Positions 49,102-63,500 of a stretch of DNA of 64,000 nt are shown one piece after another. This DNA is from Octopus sinensis (taxonomy: Eukaryota), in NCBI RefSeq assembly GCF_006345805.1, contig NC_043002.1, positions 106,020,001 to 106,084,000 on the forward strand, in the 5' to 3' direction. Below the pieces are notes generated by a model. That model was not told the origin of the DNA, made no database searches, and saw nothing but the letters and a program-made list of their open reading frames with translations. Made by a program: the position numbers and the translations under genes. How positions within the stretch are numbered: position 1 is the stretch's first letter; every line of letters starts with the position of its first letter.

Positions 49102-50582
49102 AATATATACATGCAAACACACAGGCATATATGTGTGTATATCCATGTTTGAGGTTTGTGTGTAACAGGGTTTGTCAGCCTGTATGTGTGTAGTGAGGAT
49201 ATATCTGGTTTCTGTTACTCTGTGTGTGTGTGTGTATTATTGGTTTCCTGTAGACTACATCAGTCTTAATTGTTCTAGAAAGTCCTGTGGCTTGTTTAAC
49301 AATCCTTCCTGCCTCCACCACTTCTTACTCATTTTCTGCCTTCCTGTCTGCTTCTTCCTTTACCTCTTCTCTTTCTTCCTTCCACAGTTCACCCCACCCC
49401 TCTCTCTCTCTTTCTTCCCCACCTCACTCCCACACTAACAGCATCACTTCTTATCCTCATATTCTCTTCACCTTTTCTCTGCCTCACCCACTCCACTTTC
49501 TCTTTTATTCTCCCTCTTCCTTACCTCTGCAGTGTGCTCTATGGTTCCCATTATAATAATGGCGCATGCAGTGGATATCTAGTTCATTACTGTTGCCTGG
49601 CCTTCTTCTCTCCTCTTTATTGACCAGAAAGGGCGGGTAGTGTCCCTTCACCTCTTAGCTCTACAGTGGACAAGGCTGGAAGGACTAACCCCAGCGTAGG
49701 CATAGGCATGGTTGCGTGGTTAAGAATCTCGCTTTGCTACCTCATGCTTTGGGGTTCAGCTCCACTGCAAGGCACTTTGAACAAGAATCTTTTTTAGCTC
49801 TGACCAATCAATGCCTTGAAAGTGAATTTTGTAGATGAAAACTGCATACAAGCACATTGTGTGCATGTGTGCCTTTGTGCACAAGTCCCCACTCCACCAA
49901 CTGACAACCAGCGTTGATTTATTTCCCTATAACTTATAGAATAATTATGTGGCTTGCATTGGGGTCTATTTATCTAACTTATAACAAGGCAGCACCTCAG
50001 CATTGTCGCAGTCCAGTAACAGAAGTAAGTAAAAGATAAAATATAAAATTAAAACTAGTGTTTTGAACATAACTTCCAAAAGTTGTGATATAAAATTTGA
50101 AAGGAAAATTTCAAGTTAAATAAGTTTGTCCTGATCAAGCCAACTTATGCTCAAAAGATGTTCCAGCAATAACCATCTTTTTTTTTTTTTTTTACATCTG
50201 AGACTGCATTTGCATTATTCAATATGTCCTGTTTTAAGACAGAATGTGATGGCTATTTAGGGACTATGGAGAGTCTCATTCATTGGCTATGTTAACAGAA
50301 GTGGTCTCCTGTAGATTAGCATTGAAAGGTTAGACTTCAGTGTAAAAACTTGACTAATTAACTTTCACCATTTGGTCCCTACCAGTGGCAAGGCTGTCAG
50401 CCTTACTAATGTTCATTAAAAAAATTCTAAAGCATCTGCATGGAATAAAAAGTTTATTTCAGCCAGTTTATTCTTTCACCTTTATACAACCCACAATCAT
50501 GCATTCTCTTTGCCTTATGTTCAACATGTCATCTGATCTTTATCATCATATTAAATACCATTTCCCTATCTATTCCTCTCAG

Positions 50583-50631
50583 GTTGAAGATGCTATGCTT
50601 ATGTTTGATAAAACTACAAACAGACATCGAG
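50583..50631 (+). CDS. msi: Musashi-family RNA-binding protein, RRM2 internal exon
   Basis: CCTCTCAG|GTTGAA...CATCGAG|GTATGT; 49 bp, phase 0-1; VEDAMLMFDKTTNRHR(G). Near-identical to MSI1/2 VDDAMLMFDKTTNRHRG, with the same exon size as recalled. Confidence 0.97.
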
Positions 50632-51264
50632 GTATGTAGGACTTCTTGCATTTTCATTTTAGATTTCTTTCTTGTTTGTTTGTTTGCTTCTATTTTTGTG
50701 TGTCAAAACCTTATATTTTCTTAAAAAGATAAAAAATATTTGTTGTGTTGTCGTGAATGTTCAAAAAGAATCTATTTAATATGACCGTTGGTAGTAAGAG
50801 CTCAAGGATTTTTAAGAATTTGATTAGAGCGTTTGCAATGAGCGGCTGTATTAATCTATGACAGCTGGCGATTTTGTAGTATGGAATGTAAACGTCATAC
50901 TTTTGGTAATAAGAAATGATAGGTAACAGTTGCATATGAACATACCAAGTGAGAGTTATCAACACTGGGTCTGTCTCATTACTGAAGACCAGGTGTTTGG
51001 ATTTTTTATGCCCTGTTCTTCCTAGGGTACCACCAATATACTAAGTTTGCCTTTGAGAGCATTTAGATCTTTTCATAGGAAAATAAGTTAATTTCCATCA
51101 AATATGAAGCACTGCTATAGATAGATTATCTTAAATGACAGACATTTTGCAATGCTTCCACTGACATCACTCTCATAAACTGAAGTCAGTTCTGCCACTC
51201 TCACTAGTTGTGTAGTTACTTTCTTTGTATTGTTGTCAGCTGGGTTAAAAAATCTTTAATTACA

Positions 51265-51492
51265 TTAACCCATTAGCATTCACATTATTCTGTCAAATGT
51301 AATACTTATTTATTTACATTGTTTTGAATTAACCATGCATTAACTCATAGCTTCTAAATTTCAATGATGGTATTGTTTATTTTTGGAATGACATTTTTGA
51401 GTTGGTATAAGAAGCCAGATCTGACTGGCTTGAGCATAAAACATATAGAATATTTGGGTCGGGTTTAGCTTGTTTAAATGCTAGAGGATTAA
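51265..51492. mobile_element. TTAA-flanked MITE, family A (copy 2)
   Basis: TTAACCCATTAGCATT ... AATGCTAGAGGATTAA; reverse-oriented homologue of 9841-10063. Confidence 0.65.
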
Positions 51493-52832
51493 TCACAGAT
51501 GATTTACCTGAGAGAACAATTTTCTCATCCGTTTATCACTAGAAAAACCATAATCAAGTACTCGTTACTCATATGGGAGAGCATGAGTCACAGGAGAAGA
51601 GAGTTTGAAAGGGAGTTAAAAAATTAATTTTGTTGCTTTTGTAAGATAATCTATGTCAAGAATAATAATGGTTTCAAATTTTGGCCCAAGGCCAGCAATT
51701 TGAAGGTAAGGGATTAATCAATACCATTGACCCTTAGTATTTTATTTTATCAACCTTGAAGAGGTGAAGGGTAAATCTGACTTCAGTGTAATTTGAACCA
51801 AGAAGTGTCAAGAACTAGAAGCAACACTACAAAATATTTTTAACATATTTTTCTGACTTTCTAACAAATCTGCCAGCTCGCTACTTCAACCACCCTCGTA
51901 GTTAATAATAATAACTGATACATACACAAGGCCTCACTGATGGGGTCTGGTTGTCAACTATATTAATCTCTGTATTTGATTCTATTTATCAGCTTTGGGA
52001 GAATTTTTTGATATTTTAAAGTATTTTTGCATCATTTGTTCAGAGGGGGAAAGGCAGACCCTATGGCTCTTTTTAGGGTCCCTGACACTGGTTGTAGGAA
52101 AGGAGTAAGTTGTTTTCACATCAGAGACCAATCCTAAATCATTGCAATGAAGTGGACATTGTTAGAAGTACCCAGGATCCAGGTGATCTTGTTAAACCAG
52201 GCATCAGAGTAAATCTACCACCCAGAACCAGAACTTCTTTCAACAGGCTTTCACAGTTTCCATTTAACAAATTTCACTTACAAAATTTTGGTTAAGCTGT
52301 GATGTGAGACACTCAAGGTGCAACATGCTGAGGATTGAACCCAAAATTATGTAGTTATGAAGCATGTTTTTTTACTCACACTACTACACCCGTCCACCAC
52401 TTAGTAAAACCAAGTGGAATTTGAATTCTGAACATATAGACATAACTAAACACAAAGTATTTAAAAGAATTACTCTTTAAAATGAAAAAGGTACTTGAAA
52501 TAATGTCATAATTTAGGGCCATAATGTGCCTTAATAAGACATGACTCTTGTAGATGAATGCCTCTAATCAAGGTTTATTGTCTGTAATAGTGCTGCCAAC
52601 TTGGAGTAGTACTCTACTAGTGATTTCTAACAAGAGCACACAAGAAACAGCAAAGTTTGGTGGGATGTACATTAGATTTAATTGTCCCAAATACTTCAGT
52701 GATATTCTATTTCATCAATCCCTGAAGGATGAAAGACAGTCCACCTCAGCAGGATTTGAACTAAGAATGTAAAGGAATATAAATACTAACTAAACATTTC
52801 TTCCAATTTTACCTGATATATATATATATATA

Positions 52833-53227
52833 GGCGCAAGAGTGGCTGTGTGGTAAGTAGCTTGTTTACCAACCACATGGTTCCGGGTTCAGTCCCACTG
52901 CGTGGCACCTTGGGCAAGTGTCTTCTACTATAGCCTCGGGCCGACCAAAGCCTTGTGAGTGGATTTGGTAGACGGAAACTGAAAGAAGCCCGTCGTATAT
53001 ATGTATATATATATATGCGTTTGTGTGTCTGTGTTTGCCCCCCCCCCCAGCATTGCTTGACAACCGATGCTGGTGTGTTTATGTCCCCGTTACTTAGCGG
53101 TTCGGCAAAAGAGACCGATAGAATAAGTACTGGGCTTACAAAAGAATAAGTCCCGGGGTCGAGTTGCTCAATTAAAGGCGGTGCTCCAGCATGGCCGCAG
53201 TCAAATGACTGAAACAAGTAAAAGAGT
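52833..53227 (+). mobile_element. tRNA-derived SINE (family 1), full-length young copy
   Basis: Same consensus as 43258 and 43939; preceded by (TA)n. Confidence 0.92.
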
Positions 53228-53569
53228 ATATACACACACACACACACACACAGTGTTATAATGAGGATTAACAAGAAATACTATTGGAAGCTTTATTTGC
53301 TATTCTTTGCATATCATGTGACCATATAGCTGTTCTCTCATTGGTTTGATCACCCCTCTCCTTTTGTCCTAAATGGAAGATGGTCGAGTCTTATTTTTTT
53401 CTAACTGTGCTTTATGAATTTATTAAAACATTGCATGGTTTGTCTATCTGTGTGTGTGTGCGTGTGTCTTTGTGTTTGGATTAGCCAGGTGTGTCTGGTA
53501 ATGTCTGTATTCTATGTTAACTGCAGATAAATGAGCAATGGCTCCAGCTGACGTCAGTACAATGTATCA

Positions 53570-53760
53570 GTTGTTATTTAATCCCAGGTCAAATTTGACC
53601 CAGCAGATGTTTGATGAAGGGTGTCCCAGATGTGACCATCCTGCCTGTTTAAAATACAGTGCACTCATCATTGAATTATCTGGAACACACATGTAGCCTT
53701 CCCTTTCTAAAATGATAGGGTGAGATTTAGAGTGAGATCTGGCTGTTATATTTAGCTGGC
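53570..53760. repeat. Old dispersed repeat (family 4), exemplar copy
   Basis: TTGTTATTTA..CCCAGGTCA...GACCATCC and GATTTGGCTGYTATTT blocks recur at ~2570-2760, ~26840-27030, ~42125-42170 and elsewhere. Class unresolved. Confidence 0.55.
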
Positions 53761-55810
53761 TTTGGGCACCTTGTGGTCATGGACAGAGTGTATGTCATTA
53801 ACGCCAATACCCTAAGCCAAATGTATACACATTTTCACACATAATTTATGTATATATTTGCAACTATTTTACTATTGCGTGTGTACATGCTTGCATTTTG
53901 TCTGTTCATGTTCTCCAATTATAAGGTGTGTATTGCAGGAGTGAAGAATGGGTTCTCTGCCACTAGCTATATATGTGTAGCAGGGGTATAGGATGGGTTC
54001 CCTGCTTCTTGCCATATGAAAGCTAGTGTTTCAACAAAAGCGGTGTTTAAAGCATATCTGGCTGCAACACATGCATCATCGTCATTATTTTCACTACTGC
54101 CATGGTAACCCCACAACGCTCTTCCTTTACCCTTGGCCTGTGTGTGTAACAGTGGTAATTACCACTACTCATGGCTGACCAATCTCCTACTGCAACCAGT
54201 TCAACTGCCACCTCTTGGGACAACAAACCTTCACACTATTGGGTTACTACAACATATTACCACTAAACTACTACCACTACTCCTACCATCACCATTACAA
54301 CTACTATAACAATTACAATTATAACCATGAACAATACTACTACTGTTACAGCACAGCCACCACCATCTTCACACGACTCCCAACATAAATTATGATCCAA
54401 TGGTTTAATTCTATGTGCCTATAATATTCTTACAGGCTCATAAAAAAGACAGGATGCTCACAAATGGGTTGCCTTTGATCATCAGTCAGTTCAAAGATGT
54501 GTGTGTGTGTGTGGTGTTTATGTCTCCTTGACAATGCATGGTTATTGTAAATGAATGTTATTCGTTCTCATTATCCATGTCTAGCCATGGAGAAATATCA
54601 CCTTTCTTGGAAACAGCTAAGGGTTGGTGACAGAGAGGGCATCCAGCTGAAGAAAATCTGCCTCAATAAATTCCATCTGATACATGCAAGTATGAAAAAA
54701 GTGGGTGTTAAAATGATAAGTTTAGTTATATAAATATACCAGAAAATATATATATATTCACTAGAACATTTGTACAAGGTCAGACCTACGACCAAAAATA
54801 TTCCACCCATGACCTTTTCTTTCTTTTTTTTTTTTTTTTGATACAACTTGGGTCTATGTTATTTATGTGTCTCATTTTCTAAGATTGTAGAGTAAGATTT
54901 CAAGAAGATTATGACAACTGCTTCGAGGGGAAATCAAAGGAAATCGAATGACTGTTTGGAGGCTCCCTTGATACCCTGAGTTAATGTAGTAAACATTAGA
55001 GATGTGGTGGGGAGGGGTGCATTGAATGGATGGTGATGATGATAGTGGTTTATTGATGGTAGTGAGATATTGTGGTGGTAGTGACTTATAGTTTTATGAT
55101 AGTGATGATGGTGCTTAGATAGTGCAGTAACATTGTGATGATGATAATGGTGGTGGAATATTGTGGTGATGATGATGATGATGAGGATGGTGGTAGTGAT
55201 GATGATGATGGTAACAATTTCCTAATATCACTGTAGCTGAATCAATAAGGTATCCAATCAGACTTCCTTGTAGACAGGAAGAAGCTGGTTCAAGTTCACC
55301 TCACAGTAGGGGTTTCTTTTCAATGAGTTAGCAGAAAGTATGGAAGATGGGGTGAACAGGAGGTGCTTGTGCATGTGGTTTAGTGTAAGGGTTGGGTTTT
55401 GGCTGACATCATTATAGTCTCTCCTCACAAACATGTTTGTCTCTACTCTCCTCCCATCCCTAACTATCTGGATACATACACATGCGTGTGTTTATGCAGA
55501 CATGATTAGTCAATAACATACATTACATCAATATGTGCAAGCGTATTTTTGCAGACATACATTAATGCAGGTCTTTCTGTCTTCAAATTTACTTTCCATT
55601 CACACATACACACACTTACTCACTATTACCTGTTCTATATAGATGGAGAAAATTAATTTGAAGAGAAAGTCTCATTTTGTGCTTTAATTTAATATTCAAG
55701 TGACACATCACATTAACACAATTTCAATGATTTTCCTTTTACATATAAATATATGTTTTTCAAGTATGTCTTATGAACAAATATGCATGCACATCTATCT
55801 ATTGATATAT

Positions 55811-55844
<34 letters not shown>

Positions 55845-56567
55845 TGACAACAAAAGAATGAGACCTTGATATTAGGTAAATAGAGGATATTTATATATAT
55901 GTAGAGCTTAAGACAATCAGTAAGTTGTCATAATAGTACTGAGTTTCAAATGCCGGAGCTAAAGAGCTACGATGCATTCTCATCGGCTATTAATGGCATT
56001 AGATGCATATATGTTTGTATGTTTATGGACATGTACATATACATGTTTGTGTGAGTGTGTACGTTATGAACACAGAAGGTGTTGTGAGAATATGGTTGTG
56101 TGTATTTTTTATCTTTTATATTTTTCCTACCTATTAGAGTAACTTCCCTTTTATAGCGTCTATTGCCATTAATAGCCAATGAGAAGGCATCGTAGCTCTT
56201 AGCTCCAGCATTTGAAATGCTGAGTACTGTTATGACAACTTACTGATTGTCCTAAACTATACATATATACATATACACAACATTCGAGCGCGGTCGAGTG
56301 CAGGTTGCACGTAAAAAACACCTTTTGAGCGTGGTCGTTGCCAGAACAGCCTGACTGGCCCTTGTGCCGGTGGCACGTAAAAGCACCCACTACACTCTCA
56401 GAGTGGTTGGCATTAGGAATGGCATCCAGCTGTAGAAATTTTGCCAGATCAGATTGAGCTTTTAGTCTGCCTTTTCTTTTTTCTTTATTCTCCCACTGAG
56501 TCTTTTTCTCTCTCCCTTGTCAATTTTCTTTATTACCCTCTAACTCCCCTCCACCATTCAGCTGGAC

Positions 56568-56599
<32 letters not shown>

Positions 56600-57132
56600 A
56601 ATAGACTCTTTCTTATTCTGTTTACATTAGTAGACCTTCAAAGATAGACAACTGGCACACCATCAGTTACTACAATAAGGGTTCTAGTTGATCCAATCAA
56701 TGAAACAGCCTGCTTGTTGTGAAATTACCATGCAAGTGGCTGAGCACTCCACAGGCATGCATACCCTTAATGTAGTTTTTGGAAGTTTCAGCTTGACACA
56801 AAGTGACAAGGCTGACCCTTTGAAATACTGGTACGACTTGCTTTTGCCAGCTTAGTAGACTGGAGTGATGTAAAACAAAATGTCTTGCTCAATACTACCA
56901 GGTATTGAACTCATGGCCTTATCGTCAACTGAATACCCAGAACCGGAAAAGGACAAAAATATCCCCCACTTTTATCTGTATTGCTTTAAAATTTTTGGAT
57001 GATTAATTTTTAATTGTGGATGCAAATAAAAACTATTCAAACATATACTTCTACTAAATGATAACATGCACAAGTTTATTCTTTGTAATTTTCCTTAATG
57101 CATACATTGTAGTACAAGGAATTTTGAGGAAA

Positions 57133-58102
57133 GTGGTGAGACTTGTTTAGAAAGAACGAATTCAGTATATTTGGCAATAATTTACATGATGAACCTACAA
57201 AACTAAAGGAAAATGCTAAAAACAGGGTTTATGAATTTTTTACCATAAAATCTATGTTGATTTTTGTCAAGTTCACAGAAATAGATTACTTAAGCCAAAA
57301 TATAATTAAGGCCTGCAACACCTGCTACAAAACTAATAATAATGATAATAAAATAAATATAAAGCTACAGAATTCCAAGTGTGGTGGGAATCAGCAATGA
57401 ATAAAGTTTACTTTGCATCAGTTGGTGATATAAAATATGCACAATTTCACGATTATTTATGACTTTTACTGAAACCATCTCTTTTCAGTGTGCTTTTTTT
57501 CTTTTACCTCTTATGGTGTATGTGTGTGTATATATTGTATGCATGTATGTGACATAAATTAATGTTTAGTGAGACGTATCTTTAGTTTTAAATGAAACCT
57601 GTCTACTTTGATGGAAGATATCACTTTGTATGGAGCAGTAAATTCTAAAATGTATTAAAAATTAATATTTACTAAGTATTATGAAGCAAACACTTGAGGT
57701 TTATAAGGTATTGGTTTTTGGGTTCTATTGACTTTTCGTAGTTTTAATTTCTTTTCTGTTATTCAGTCTCATTATTGGAAATATCACTGCTGAGAACTCT
57801 TTTGTTTCATGATTTCAACAACATTTTTACATTTTTTTGAATTTATTTGCTACATTACTGAATAACTTTGAATTTTTATTTGACTTTTTTGAAGTTAGGA
57901 GTAATATATTAAATGGAATTCCTACATGCCATATATAGCCTCATCAAATTACACCAATCAACCAGCATTTTTATAGATATCATCCCTCTCACATGACTAT
58001 TAAAAAGTCTGTTCTTAGTCTCAAGCAATTTATATGAATTTATGTGGTGAGACTTGTTTAGAAAGAACGAATTCAGTATATTTGGCAATAATTTACATGA
58101 TG
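57133..58102. repeat. Perfect 59-bp direct repeat, copies 911 bp apart
   Basis: GTGGTGAGACTTGTTTAGAAAGAACGAATTCAGTATATTTGGCAATAATTTACATGATG at 57133-57191 and 58044-58102. Confidence 0.95.
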
Positions 58103-60229
58103 TTAATATATGGAAGTCTGCTTAATACTTTTTGTAATAAAAGCTTTTGAAATTATTGGTATATTACAAAATGGTAACATTCTATATTTCCAATAATGAA
58201 ACACAAAAAGAAAGAAAGTTTAGGACTGCAGAAATTCAGTAGCTTTAATGAAAGTATACTATGTTAACAGACTTAAAGCTTTATTGTAATGAAAGTAATG
58301 TGTATGCAATAATAATACACTTTGATCTTTTGACAAAAGGCCAAGATGTGATGTGTGTTTGTATACAATGATAAAAATATTAGTGCTGTTTCATTATGAT
58401 CATCATCAACAGCCATCTTCCATACTGGAACATGCACTAAAGGAAAATAAGGTAATGTGGATTTAATCACATGCCCTGGGTGCACCTGCACACAATAGTT
58501 GAGGTGCTGTTTAGCCCTTGGTTAGCTCTAGTTAAGTGACCTGTGGTGTGACTTAACCATCCTGCAGTTTCCTATCCTGTGTGTCATTCTTTTATTTATG
58601 ATTTGAGTGAGATTTAATTGCTGTTGTAGATCACATAACTGCATAGAAGCTAACTTTATTGGTTGGTTGCAGTTTAGGTAGTAGTGCTGTTAATATACCT
58701 GATAATTGGTAGTGGTAAGTTGGGATACAACTGGGATTGGGGCAGTAGTGGTGGTAGGAACTGTGGTAGTACAGGTGGCTGTCGTGTAGTGTAGCTGGAA
58801 ATAATGCTTGTATGTGTTGTAGTATAACAGTAAGAGCAAAATAAATTGGGAGAAATGAGTTGCTTGACAAAAAGTGGTGGTGGTGGTGGAGATGGACCCA
58901 GGGACAGGGAGAAGGCAGAACAATGATTCCAGCCCACTGAACACACACACACATATCCATGACTTCCATCATCATCACCACCTTTAGTATTGTGGGCAGC
59001 AGCACTATTGCCACCATTACTTCCAGCACCAGCATTATCCACACCACACCATCACCAGCCACCCCCCCCCGGCTTCATCAACATTACCACCACCACCACT
59101 GCTACAAACAGCACCATCATCATGACTGTCATCACTACTACTACTACCACCACCATCACCACCACCATCTTTCCCATCATCCAAGGAAGGATTTGTGTAT
59201 GGTTGGTAGGCAGGAACTAATGGCAATGAAGATCAAGGAGATTGCTGCCTTTTCCCAGCACATTCCACTCCTGTTAATGTCTTATCTTCTCATATTGAGA
59301 TTGATTATGGTGGTGATCATGATTGTGGAAAGGATGGTAGCGAGGGTGATGTGGTGATGGTGGCAATAGTAATAGAGATGAATGTGATAATGAGTTAACC
59401 TAGTTTTGCCTTCTTTTCCGCCATCTTTCCCAATTTTGTTATCCCTTACAAGAACTAATATTAAACTACCTTCAAGCAGCAAGTTTGTCAGAGCAAAATT
59501 GCTACAGCACCAGACATGATGCCTGAGGCCAATGAATTATCTCTCCCTCCACCTCCTGTATGTGTGCTTGTGCATTTGTGTATCTTTCTTTTTCCCCTTC
59601 AACCAATCTCTCTCTCTACCCCCTTTTTCTTACTCTCTCTCCCCACCATCTACTTATTGTTCCCATGGCCTTGTGGTTAAGAGGTTTGCTATCCAACCAT
59701 ACGGTTTCGGATTCAGTCCCACTGCATAGCATTTGGGTCAAGTATTCTCTATTATAGCCCCCAGTCAAACAAGGCCTTGCAAGTGGATTTGGTGGGCAAA
59801 ACTTGAAAGAAGTGTGTGTGTGTTTGTCTTTGTCTTAAAACTACATGATAATTGTAAAGAGCGTTACTTCAGTGTTATTTGTTTCCGACCTTTCATGAAA
59901 ATATGTCTGTCCATGACGAAATATTACCTTGCTTGAAAACAGATAAAGGTTAGCAACAGGAAGTACATCCAGCTGTAGAAAATGCACTCCAGTGAATTCT
60001 GTCTGACCCTTGTAAGCATGGAAAAGAGAATATTAAAATGGAGTACTTATACTAGGTGGATAAGGGGATCAGTTCAATAATTTGCCCATAACATCTTTGA
60101 CCCAATAAGAATTAACTTTATAGCAAGTCAAGACAAAACACCCTGACTACCTTTTTATCACTTCCTGACCGAAACTTCGAAGTTACTGTCAACAACATTC
60201 TTGTTTAAGAAGGTGGCACATGACCTGCT

Positions 60230-60564
60230 ATGCTTGAGGAGACCTATTGAGTCAAGTACATCAACATCAAAATAAATATCAAATGGAAATTGTAGTTGTG
60301 ATACCCGTGCCGGTGGCACGTAGAAACGCACCACCCGAACGTGGCCGTTGCCAGCGCCGCCATGACTGGCTTCTGTGCCAGTGGCATGTAAAAAGCACCT
60401 ACTACACTTGCGGAGTGGTTGGCGTTAGAAAGGGCATCCAGCTGTAGAAACACTGCCAGATCAGACTAGAGCCTTGTGCAGCCTCCTGGCTTCCCAGAAC
60501 CCGGTCGAAGCGTCCAATCCGCGTTGGCATGGAAAATGGATGTTAAACGATGATGATGATGATG
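60230..60564 (+). mobile_element. Family 2 SINE, relatively young copy
   Basis: GTGCCGGTGGCACGTA...GGAGTGGTTGGCGTTAGAAAGGGCATCCAGCTGTAGAAA...GTTAAACGATGATGATG with CpGs intact. Confidence 0.85.
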
Positions 60565-63500
60565 TCTGTATTTAAAGATTAAAACCGTGCAATAGAATAA
60601 CTAAGTTTCACCTTTACTCTACCATCTCTAGAAAAAACAAAAAAATTTACTTCACATCTATGCTTCCATGTTCAATCCCAGCGCATGGCAGTTTGTGCAA
60701 ATGGAAGCCTGTTGGGTGGCCTACACCTGTTTTTGGTTGATCAACTCAATCCATGATTTGGTTCTTGGATAACTTCAGCAGAGTTCACTTTTGTTGTATG
60801 TATCAAGGTCAGCTTGTTGTGATGGTAATTTGCATCCCTGCTGCCAGTCTCAAATGCCCTATGGCATGTTTACTGCCCTTGTCATATGACAAAGCCATAA
60901 TATATATAAGCAGATGTATGCATACACATATGCATGTGTACATGTGCTTTTGTGTGTCTGTGAGTGTGTATAATAGTGTTTTTATCTGTGTACTTGTATG
61001 CAAATATTTCTGCATCACACAAGATGCCTAAAGGCATTGTATAATCTTTCTCTTTCCCTCCCTCTATATTCATACTCCTTCTCTTTATTTACTCCCTCTC
61101 TACTTTTCTCTCTTTCCCCACCCCACTTTCTTTATCTTCTTCCCCTTACAACAAGTTCTAGTATTTTCCAGTTTAATTTTTTTTATATGTCTTTTTGAAA
61201 TTCTGAAAAAATATACATGTTCTTAAAATATAGAAGTTACAAATATACATCTTTAAAGATATTTTGTCAGTTGGTGTGTGTGTGTGTGTATGTGTGTGCA
61301 CGCAGACACACACGGGAGTTTGGCTCTTTATATCTTTAAATACAGTAACTGGCTGAATGAGAAGAGTATTGATTGAAATGCCATGTGGTATTTAGTTATG
61401 TTTCTGTACGTCCTCAATTCATATCCCATCAAGGCTGACTTTTCATATTTAATCTTTCCAAGGATTATATACCATTCAAGTGTAGGATTTGATAAGATTG
61501 ACCATCACCCTCCCTTAAAAATACATGGCTTTATGCCAAAGCTAAAAATAATCCTTATCAAAATCATTATCATTATAACAGAAATCATTATTGCAATGGC
61601 AATAGACTGGCAAAATTGGTAGAGCACCCCAAAAATGCTTTGTGGTATTTGCTTCATCACTTTACTTTCTGGATTCAATTCTCAAGTTCAACATTGTTTT
61701 CATCCCTCTTGGGTCAATAAAACAAAGTACCAGGTTAATACTGAGGTCAATGTAATCAACTAACAGCCCCTTCTACTGAAAATTGCTGGCTTTTATACCC
61801 TAAATTAGAAACAATCATTACTGCATAGGGTTTCTGGATCTTTGCAGTGTGATTTCAAATCACACCAAGGTCAACTTTGTCTTTCATTCATCTAGAGTCA
61901 ATATGATAAAGTAGCAGTGAAGTACTAAAGTCCATCAAATAGACTGACTCTTCTTATATTGACAGGATCACTAGAGCATCAGCTAGAGGTGATTAGTTTC
62001 ATACCACAGTATCTGAGTTCAAATTACATTGCAGTCAATTTGCTGTTTCATCCATCAAGGTTTAATGAAACGAAGTACCTGTTAATTATTTGTTTAAATG
62101 CTTTCTGAAAAAACCAAAAACTTTATGACCATGTTAGAAATTATTAATGCATAAAATTCAATAACTGAAACTGTTGAATATATTCTGCTTAAAGCTATGC
62201 GTGTTCAAATCCCAGCAGACCCTATCATTTCATATGGATGCCCTCTTTCACTTTTATAACAAATCCACTTCTACAATAACTTAACCCATTCTCTCTTCTT
62301 TTGGCTTATTTTTGTTGCTAATGTTTTTGTTGTTGTAGTTTTAAGCTATTTTTTGTATTTGGTTTTTATTTTTGATTTGTCATTTTAATTCATTTGTGTT
62401 TTTTTATACTTTCTCAAACCGGAAAGATAAACTTGGAAAAAAATAATCATCCTGTATATATTATTTTACATATAGATTGTATAAATAGATTATATCATAT
62501 TGTGTGTTATATACACATGTTTTACATATATAATGTAGCATACAGTATGATGACTATATATTATGTAATATATATATAGTATGTATATATATATATATTA
62601 TATATCATCATATAATGTATGTGTATGTTTTATATGTACATATATTATACAATGCTATATATCATACATATGTATATATTGTGTGTGTATATTTATATAT
62701 GTGTGTGTGTGTATATGTGTGTGTGTGTAAATATAGAATCTCTGATTTTAATTTTTTGAAATTTCTTTTGCTGTTTGATATTTGCTTTTTATTTTATATT
62801 GTAATATATCTATACCATTATATATACATAACCTTTTTATTCCATATTCATATCTATATCTATTAAGGAGTGTATATAGTATTTAGATGTTAGAAATCAA
62901 CAAAGGAAAGATAAGAAATACAAACAAATTGAATTGATTAATCATAAACTGGTGAGTGCATAAAATAAGACACTGTTTACTAGTACTACTACTGTTATTA
63001 TTATTATTATTATTACCTGTACTAGTAGTAGTTGTAGCACTAGTGATAATTGTACTAGCTTAATATTTGAATGTTCTTAATAAACTAGTTCAAGACTCTT
63101 ATCGCGGCTTTATGTATTATCCTAGTTTGTGACAGTTTTGTACTATAGTTGTTTTGGATGTCTGAAAGAGATTTACCTGCTAATTATAGTAGAACAAGCA
63201 GTCCAGTCACAAGGTCCTTCAAGGGCTTCTTTTGAGTACTTTCTTTAAAGCGTTGTGGGTTTTCTAGTTACACTTGTTTCTATTGGAAACACTGCTGGTC
63301 AGAGATTTCATGGTATCAAGCAGATGAGCTATAATATATTAGACATTTTAGTTACTAGTTATATTATACTCACATATTATACTCCATTATGTGATAGTAA
63401 ACTACACTACTAACCTTAGTACTGAGCAGAAAGTTCCACAACTTTTGCATAAGAGTAGTTACCAAAATCCAGATGTGGGAATTCGAACCAATGACTGTGT

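Noticed and set aside
50882-50892. TGGAATGTAAA, matching the 5' end of miR-1
   Set aside because: Only 11 nt match, the rest diverges, and no precursor hairpin is evident.
37079-53274. Recurrent ORFs such as MSSNARGTNT..., MTTDAGVFTS... and MPKVPRSGTE...
   Set aside because: Chance open frames within family 1 SINE copies; not genes.
57143-57400. 85-aa ORF with CxxC (IIKACNTCYK), faintly like an integrase zinc finger
   Set aside because: The HHCC spacing is unconvincing and no catalytic core is nearby; it would need a profile search.
58631-59357. Overlapping Pro/Thr/His-rich ORFs on both strands
   Set aside because: Degenerate CAC/CAT/ACT triplet repeats keep several frames open, CpG is not retained, and there is no compatible Musashi motif or phase-1 junction evidence.
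12567-62866. Numerous ORFs rich in YIYI, HTHT or VCVC
   Set aside because: These are translations of (TA)n and (CA/GT)n microsatellites, which contain no stop codons.
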